From: Chitinophagaceae bacterium | GTDB taxonomy: Bacteria; Bacteroidota; Bacteroidia; Chitinophagales; Chitinophagaceae | Direction: 5' to 3' | DNA length: 64,000 nt | Assembly: GCA_003168265.1 (NCBI GenBank) | Contig: PMSV01000007.1 | Location: 8,429-72,428, forward strand | Part shown: piece after piece, positions 60,385 through 64,000 of the stretch | How positions within the stretch are numbered: position 1 is the stretch's first letter | Layout: every line of letters begins with the position of its first letter | Made by a program: the position numbers and the translations under genes | Notes under the pieces: model-generated | Seen by the model: only the letters and a program-made list of their open reading frames with translations | Database searches by the model: none | Told to the model about the DNA's origin: nothing

Positions 60385-60963
60385 ATGCATATATCCCTGA
60401 ATGAGCTACTCACCGTCACCTTCACGCTATTTGCGGTGATAGATATCATCGGATCTGTCCCCCTGCTCGTATCCCTCAAAACCAGTTTAGGCAGTATTAA
60501 TGCCCGGAAAGCCACGTTAATATCCGGTGGCCTTATGATCGTTTTCCTATTCTTCGGCCAGCCATTTCTCAACATACTCGGTGTAGACGTACATTCCTTT
60601 GCAGTCGGCGGTTCCATCCTTATTTTTATCCTTGGCCTCGAAATGGTGCTCGGCATGGAGTTCTTCAAAAGTGATAAAAACGCCCGCGCCAGCACAGCCG
60701 TTCCCATCGCTTTTCCGCTGATAGCCGGCTCCGGAACACTCACAACGATAATGTCCTTAAAGGCTAATTATGAAGAACTTACCGTCCTCATCGCCATCCT
60801 GATCAACTTAGTGATAATTTACATAGTTTTGCGCTCCCTGAACCTGATCGAGACCCTCATCGGTCCGGCCGGAATGATCGCCGTCAGAAAGTTTTTCGGT
60901 GTGATTTTACTCGCCATCGCGGTTAAAATCTTCAGCGCAAATGTCGGCGGCCTGATCAAGTAG
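60385..60963 (+). CDS. MarC family membrane protein
   Basis: LFAVIDIIGSVP, PIAFPLIAGSGT and KFFGVILLAIAV motifs. Confidence 0.92.
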   Translation: MHISLNELLTVTFTLFAVIDIIGSVPLLVSLKTSLGSINARKATLISGGLMIVFLFFGQPFLNILGVDVHSFAVGGSILIFILGLEMVLGMEFFKSDKNARASTAVPIAFPLIAGSGTLTTIMSLKANYEELTVLIAILINLVIIYIVLRSLNLIETLIGPAGMIAVRKFFGVILLAIAVKIFSANVGGLIK

Positions 60964-60981
60964 CGAGAAAGGCATTTTATT

Positions 60982-61056
60982 GGTCCCGTAGTTCAATGGA
61001 TAGAATAGAAGTTTCCTAAACTTTTGATACAGGTTCGATTCCTGTCGGGACTACCA
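60982..61056 (+). tRNA. tRNA-Arg(CCT)
   Basis: Acceptor GGTCCCG/CGGGACT, anticodon stem GAAGT/ACTTT with loop TTCCTAA, T-loop GGTTCGATTCC, encoded CCA. Confidence 0.96.
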
Positions 61057-62620
61057 AACCGGAATTAGAGTCTAAAAAAAGGGGAGATGAAAATTCTTCT
61101 TGCTGGTAAAGCCTTGATTGTTCTGAGATTGACGAAAAAACTGAGTTCATTTTACAGGTTCGATATGTGTTATTTTGAAAATCATAAGACACACCTTCAG
61201 GAAAAATTAAGTTTTGAAGGCCCTGCTTGATCTCAAAACTGCCAGAAGTCCACATCACATTGAGTTTAGAGCTTAATTTCACAGAGTAATGGACAAAATT
61301 ATCAAGGTTCGATAATTTTAATTCGGTCTTTTTTAGTTCGTTATTAATATGACTTATTTCCTCATTAAACTTTGCTGTGATACGCTTATAAACTTCATCA
61401 TCCTCAATTTTGCCTAATGCATACCTCTCCTGAACTTTAAAAAGGTTATCCTGGGCTTCATGTAGTTTAGTCCTAAGCAATATTTTCGTAACCTCACTAT
61501 CCTTATTCAATGCCTTAAAAGTCAACGAAAGTTGCAACTTTAATGGTTCAATATATTTTTCAGGTATAGTATAGTTAGACAGATATTCATTGAAAGAGGA
61601 GTGCATTATATCAGCGTTTCTATTATGTCTACACCCTCTTTTATTGCACTTGTAGTAGATGGCCTTTTTGTTTACAACAGAATAACCAACGCAAGTAGTT
61701 CCGCAATAGTCACATTTCACGAACCTTTTTAAAGGGAATATGTCATCATTATTCTTTTTCACAAACGTTTTTGCCTGGTCAAAACCAATATTATTTGCTT
61801 TTAGAAATACTTCTTCACTAATAAGCGGTTCATGCCTTCCTTTCACAATCTCATTCCCAAGTAACCTATTTTTAATATACCCGCAATAAAAAGGATTCCG
61901 GAATATATCGAATAACCTTTTCTCATTTATAAAATGACCGAACGATTTACACCGCATCGAGATTTCATAATTTGTCAATCCCTGCTCAACTTTTAATAAA
62001 AAGGCTTTGCGGATAATTTCACCTACATTATTAATAACTAATTTTTGCTCACCCAATTCTTTAGCGTGGACATATCCGATTGGAGCCTTACCCATCCAAT
62101 ACCCATTTAGCAATTTCTCCTTCGACCCAGCCACACATTTTTCTTTACGCAATTCATTATCATACTGTCCGAATAAAAATTGTATGTTTTGCTGAAATGT
62201 TCCGCTGGAAGTTTTTGTATCAGTTGGCTGTGTACATGCAATAATATGCACTCCCATCTTTCTTAATTCATCTGCAACCGAAATAGCAGCCCCTCCCGTT
62301 CGAGAAAATCTATCAATACTATAAACGATAATATAATTGATTTTCTCAGTTGAGCTTCTTACAAATGACAGCATTCTTTGAAACTCTTTCCTGGCATCAC
62401 TTTTAGCGCTTTCATATTTGCGCCCAAACTCCCCTAATACGTTATAGCCATTTTTGTCTGCATATTGTTTGCAATATTTTAATTGTATTTCCAAGCTATC
62501 ATTGTTTTCAGCTTGTTCCTTTGTGGAAACACGCGTATAAATAACAACGTTTTTCTTGTTATTATCATGCGAATCGGCGTTGGCTTTATAAAGGCTTTTT
62601 ATTAATTCGATATTACTCAT
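61016..62620 (-). CDS. Large serine recombinase (resolvase + recombinase + Zn-ribbon + coiled coil)
   Basis: YTRVST catalytic Ser, ESAK, DRFSR, APIGY, CDYC...YYKC...C. ATG at 62620. The 3' end overlaps tRNA-Arg on the opposite strand. Confidence 0.93.
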   Translation of the reverse strand: MSNIELIKSLYKANADSHDNNKKNVVIYTRVSTKEQAENNDSLEIQLKYCKQYADKNGYNVLGEFGRKYESAKSDARKEFQRMLSFVRSSTEKINYIIVYSIDRFSRTGGAAISVADELRKMGVHIIACTQPTDTKTSSGTFQQNIQFLFGQYDNELRKEKCVAGSKEKLLNGYWMGKAPIGYVHAKELGEQKLVINNVGEIIRKAFLLKVEQGLTNYEISMRCKSFGHFINEKRLFDIFRNPFYCGYIKNRLLGNEIVKGRHEPLISEEVFLKANNIGFDQAKTFVKKNNDDIFPLKRFVKCDYCGTTCVGYSVVNKKAIYYKCNKRGCRHNRNADIMHSSFNEYLSNYTIPEKYIEPLKLQLSLTFKALNKDSEVTKILLRTKLHEAQDNLFKVQERYALGKIEDDEVYKRITAKFNEEISHINNELKKTELKLSNLDNFVHYSVKLSSKLNVMWTSGSFEIKQGLQNLIFPEGVSYDFQNNTYRTCKMNSVFSSISEQSRLYQQEEFSSPLFLDSNSGLVVPTGIEPVSKV

Positions 62621-62775
62621 AAATACAAGTTGCTCTGAAATTAAAAAATTGATACGCAAGGATTGAAAATTGATACAGGACATTGATCACCGAAACACCT
62701 TCTTCATCGGAGATATTTTGAAAACCTTCAAATTGCTTTAATTGTGATAAGGTTATTATTGACATAATTGTAGGA

Positions 62776-63498
62776 TTAAAGGCGAACACTTATTGTTTTA
62801 TAATCAACTGAAAATATTGTTTCGATAAATTTACATATGGCGTCTTCATTTGGCTCAATAATTATAGGTTCATCTTCTGATTCAATGATAATGCTTGTAT
62901 TCCGACTATTTTGTAAAAATTTTAATGCTGTTGTTTCTTTGGGCTTTAGCATTTTCGTATTTATCACATAACTCAAAAATTCTCCATTCGCTAAAAATTC
63001 TTTCATCAGAAGTTGAAGATCAATTGTTACGAATTTTGAATACTTACTTAGTTTCATTTTTCTCTCGAAATCTTCTGGCCTTGCCACACTAAACTGACCG
63101 TCTTTCGTTATTACAAAGAATGAGTGTTTACGATTAAATAACGGATATAGAACAGCTTTTTCAAACTCCAACATTGCATAAAATTTGTCTTTTTTCGAGA
63201 ATAACCTATTAGCTGCGATTTGAATGATGCCATTACTAAAATTCAATTCTTTCAATTCTTTAATCAATAATATCCAAATAAACTCGTAAAAATTAAATTT
63301 ATCCCAACCCGGTCTCTTCTTTTTTTGGCCCGAATCCTCGGATGAAACCAAGCCTTCAGAAATCCAATATCTTAATTGCCTCACAGATTTTTCTTGATCC
63401 TGACTTGTAACCTTCTTTATGTCTTTTATTCCAAAATATTTACTCTTCAATTCCAAATGAACTCTCTCTTCTTCAACTGTCAGCTTTCCTCCTTTCAT
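62776..63498 (-). CDS. MerR-like winged-HTH DNA-binding protein
   Basis: RQLRYWISEGLV...GWDKFNFYEFIWILLIKELKELNFS fits the MerR-type HTH pattern. Confidence 0.7.
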   Translation of the reverse strand: MKGGKLTVEEERVHLELKSKYFGIKDIKKVTSQDQEKSVRQLRYWISEGLVSSEDSGQKKKRPGWDKFNFYEFIWILLIKELKELNFSNGIIQIAANRLFSKKDKFYAMLEFEKAVLYPLFNRKHSFFVITKDGQFSVARPEDFERKMKLSKYSKFVTIDLQLLMKEFLANGEFLSYVINTKMLKPKETTALKFLQNSRNTSIIIESEDEPIIIEPNEDAICKFIETIFSVDYKTISVRL

Positions 63499-63508
63499 AA
63501 ATATTTTG

Positions 63509-63559
63509 TTATTTGTAAATTTACAAATAAAAATTTAAAATGACAACATTTGTCATTTT
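63509..63559. promoter_or_regulatory. Two adjacent palindromes (putative operators) between divergent element genes
   Basis: Perfect 22-bp TTATTTGTAAATTTACAAATAA at 63509-63530; AAAATGACAA-cat-TTGTCATTTT at 63537-63559. Confidence 0.65.
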
Positions 63560-63639
63560 TAGGTCAAAAAAATACAAATAATTAATAAAATGAGCTTAAA
63601 ATATTGCAAACTATATCAGCAGTTTCTATTTTGTAAAAT

Positions 63640-64000
63640 ATGAAAAAAATGATTTTTTACGTCCCAATCAATCTCGATCTTAAACAATTAATTTTCAAGC
63701 ATTTAATATTGAGTAAAGAGTTGAAGGTAACTGAAGGAAAGATAGCCTTCATATGCCATTCGCTATTCAGTTCTATAATCATGCACAGAAGTGAGATCGA
63801 GGATAGTGATAATCCTTATGTCCCTTTATGTTCTAAAATTCTTGATTTAGCCGTTCATGACTATTCAAAGTCGCTTCAGTTTCTTCTGGAAACTGGTATT
63901 ATTGAATCAGATAACTCTTATCTCGCGGGAGATAAATGCAAGGGATATTGTTTTAAAAACCCATACCGTGATAGAGAATTTAAAAAAGTCTATATAGAAG
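63640..64000 (+). CDS. Element-encoded hypothetical protein, 5' part only (possibly replication-related)
   Basis: Open to the window edge: MKKMIFYVPINLDLKQ...YVPLCSKIL...LLETGIIESDNSYLAGDKCKGY. Absent from the ORF track because it has no stop in the window. Confidence 0.7.
   Translation, partial: MKKMIFYVPINLDLKQLIFKHLILSKELKVTEGKIAFICHSLFSSIIMHRSEIEDSDNPYVPLCSKILDLAVHDYSKSLQFLLETGIIESDNSYLAGDKCKGYCFKNPYRDREFKKVYIE

Larger units (their letters stand above)
61016..64000. mobile_element. Left part of an integrated element at tRNA-Arg(CCT); right end outside the window
   Basis: Recombinase abuts the tRNA 3' half, base composition is visibly more AT-rich than upstream genes, and an HTH regulator faces a divergent ORF. 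The second att copy is not visible. Confidence 0.8.

Noticed and set aside
60385-60963. marC as part of the B12 operon
   Set aside because: It has its own TATATTTG element just upstream and is probably transcribed with tRNA-Arg.
1-64000. CRISPR arrays, rRNA, IS transposases, reverse transcriptases, frameshifted pseudogenes
   Set aside because: None seen by eye; short or degenerate repeats could be missed without computation.

Overview
Bacteroidota chromosome segment; gene content and TAnnTTTG promoters suggest a Chitinophagaceae-like organism. Most of the window is core genome: recG, dnaG, yceD-rpmF-plsX, rnpB, kup, mgtE, radC, folD, queE, gldKLMN, hemD, hemW and gpsA. Type IX secretion and envelope genes include a PKD/type-B CTD cargo with an adjacent PorP/SprF, a PorE-like OmpA protein, an Omp85 protein and a TolC/adaptor pair. 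A cobalamin-riboswitch operon (btuB, DUF6580-like membrane protein, signal-less BtuF-like protein, CWC protein, Dph6-like PP-loop ATPase) has no BtuCD. At the right edge an AT-rich integrated element begins at tRNA-Arg(CCT). Its large serine recombinase reads into the tRNA on the opposite strand, takes its last 13 codons from it, and stops antisense to the anticodon loop. Family names come from motif recognition only; no database searches were run.
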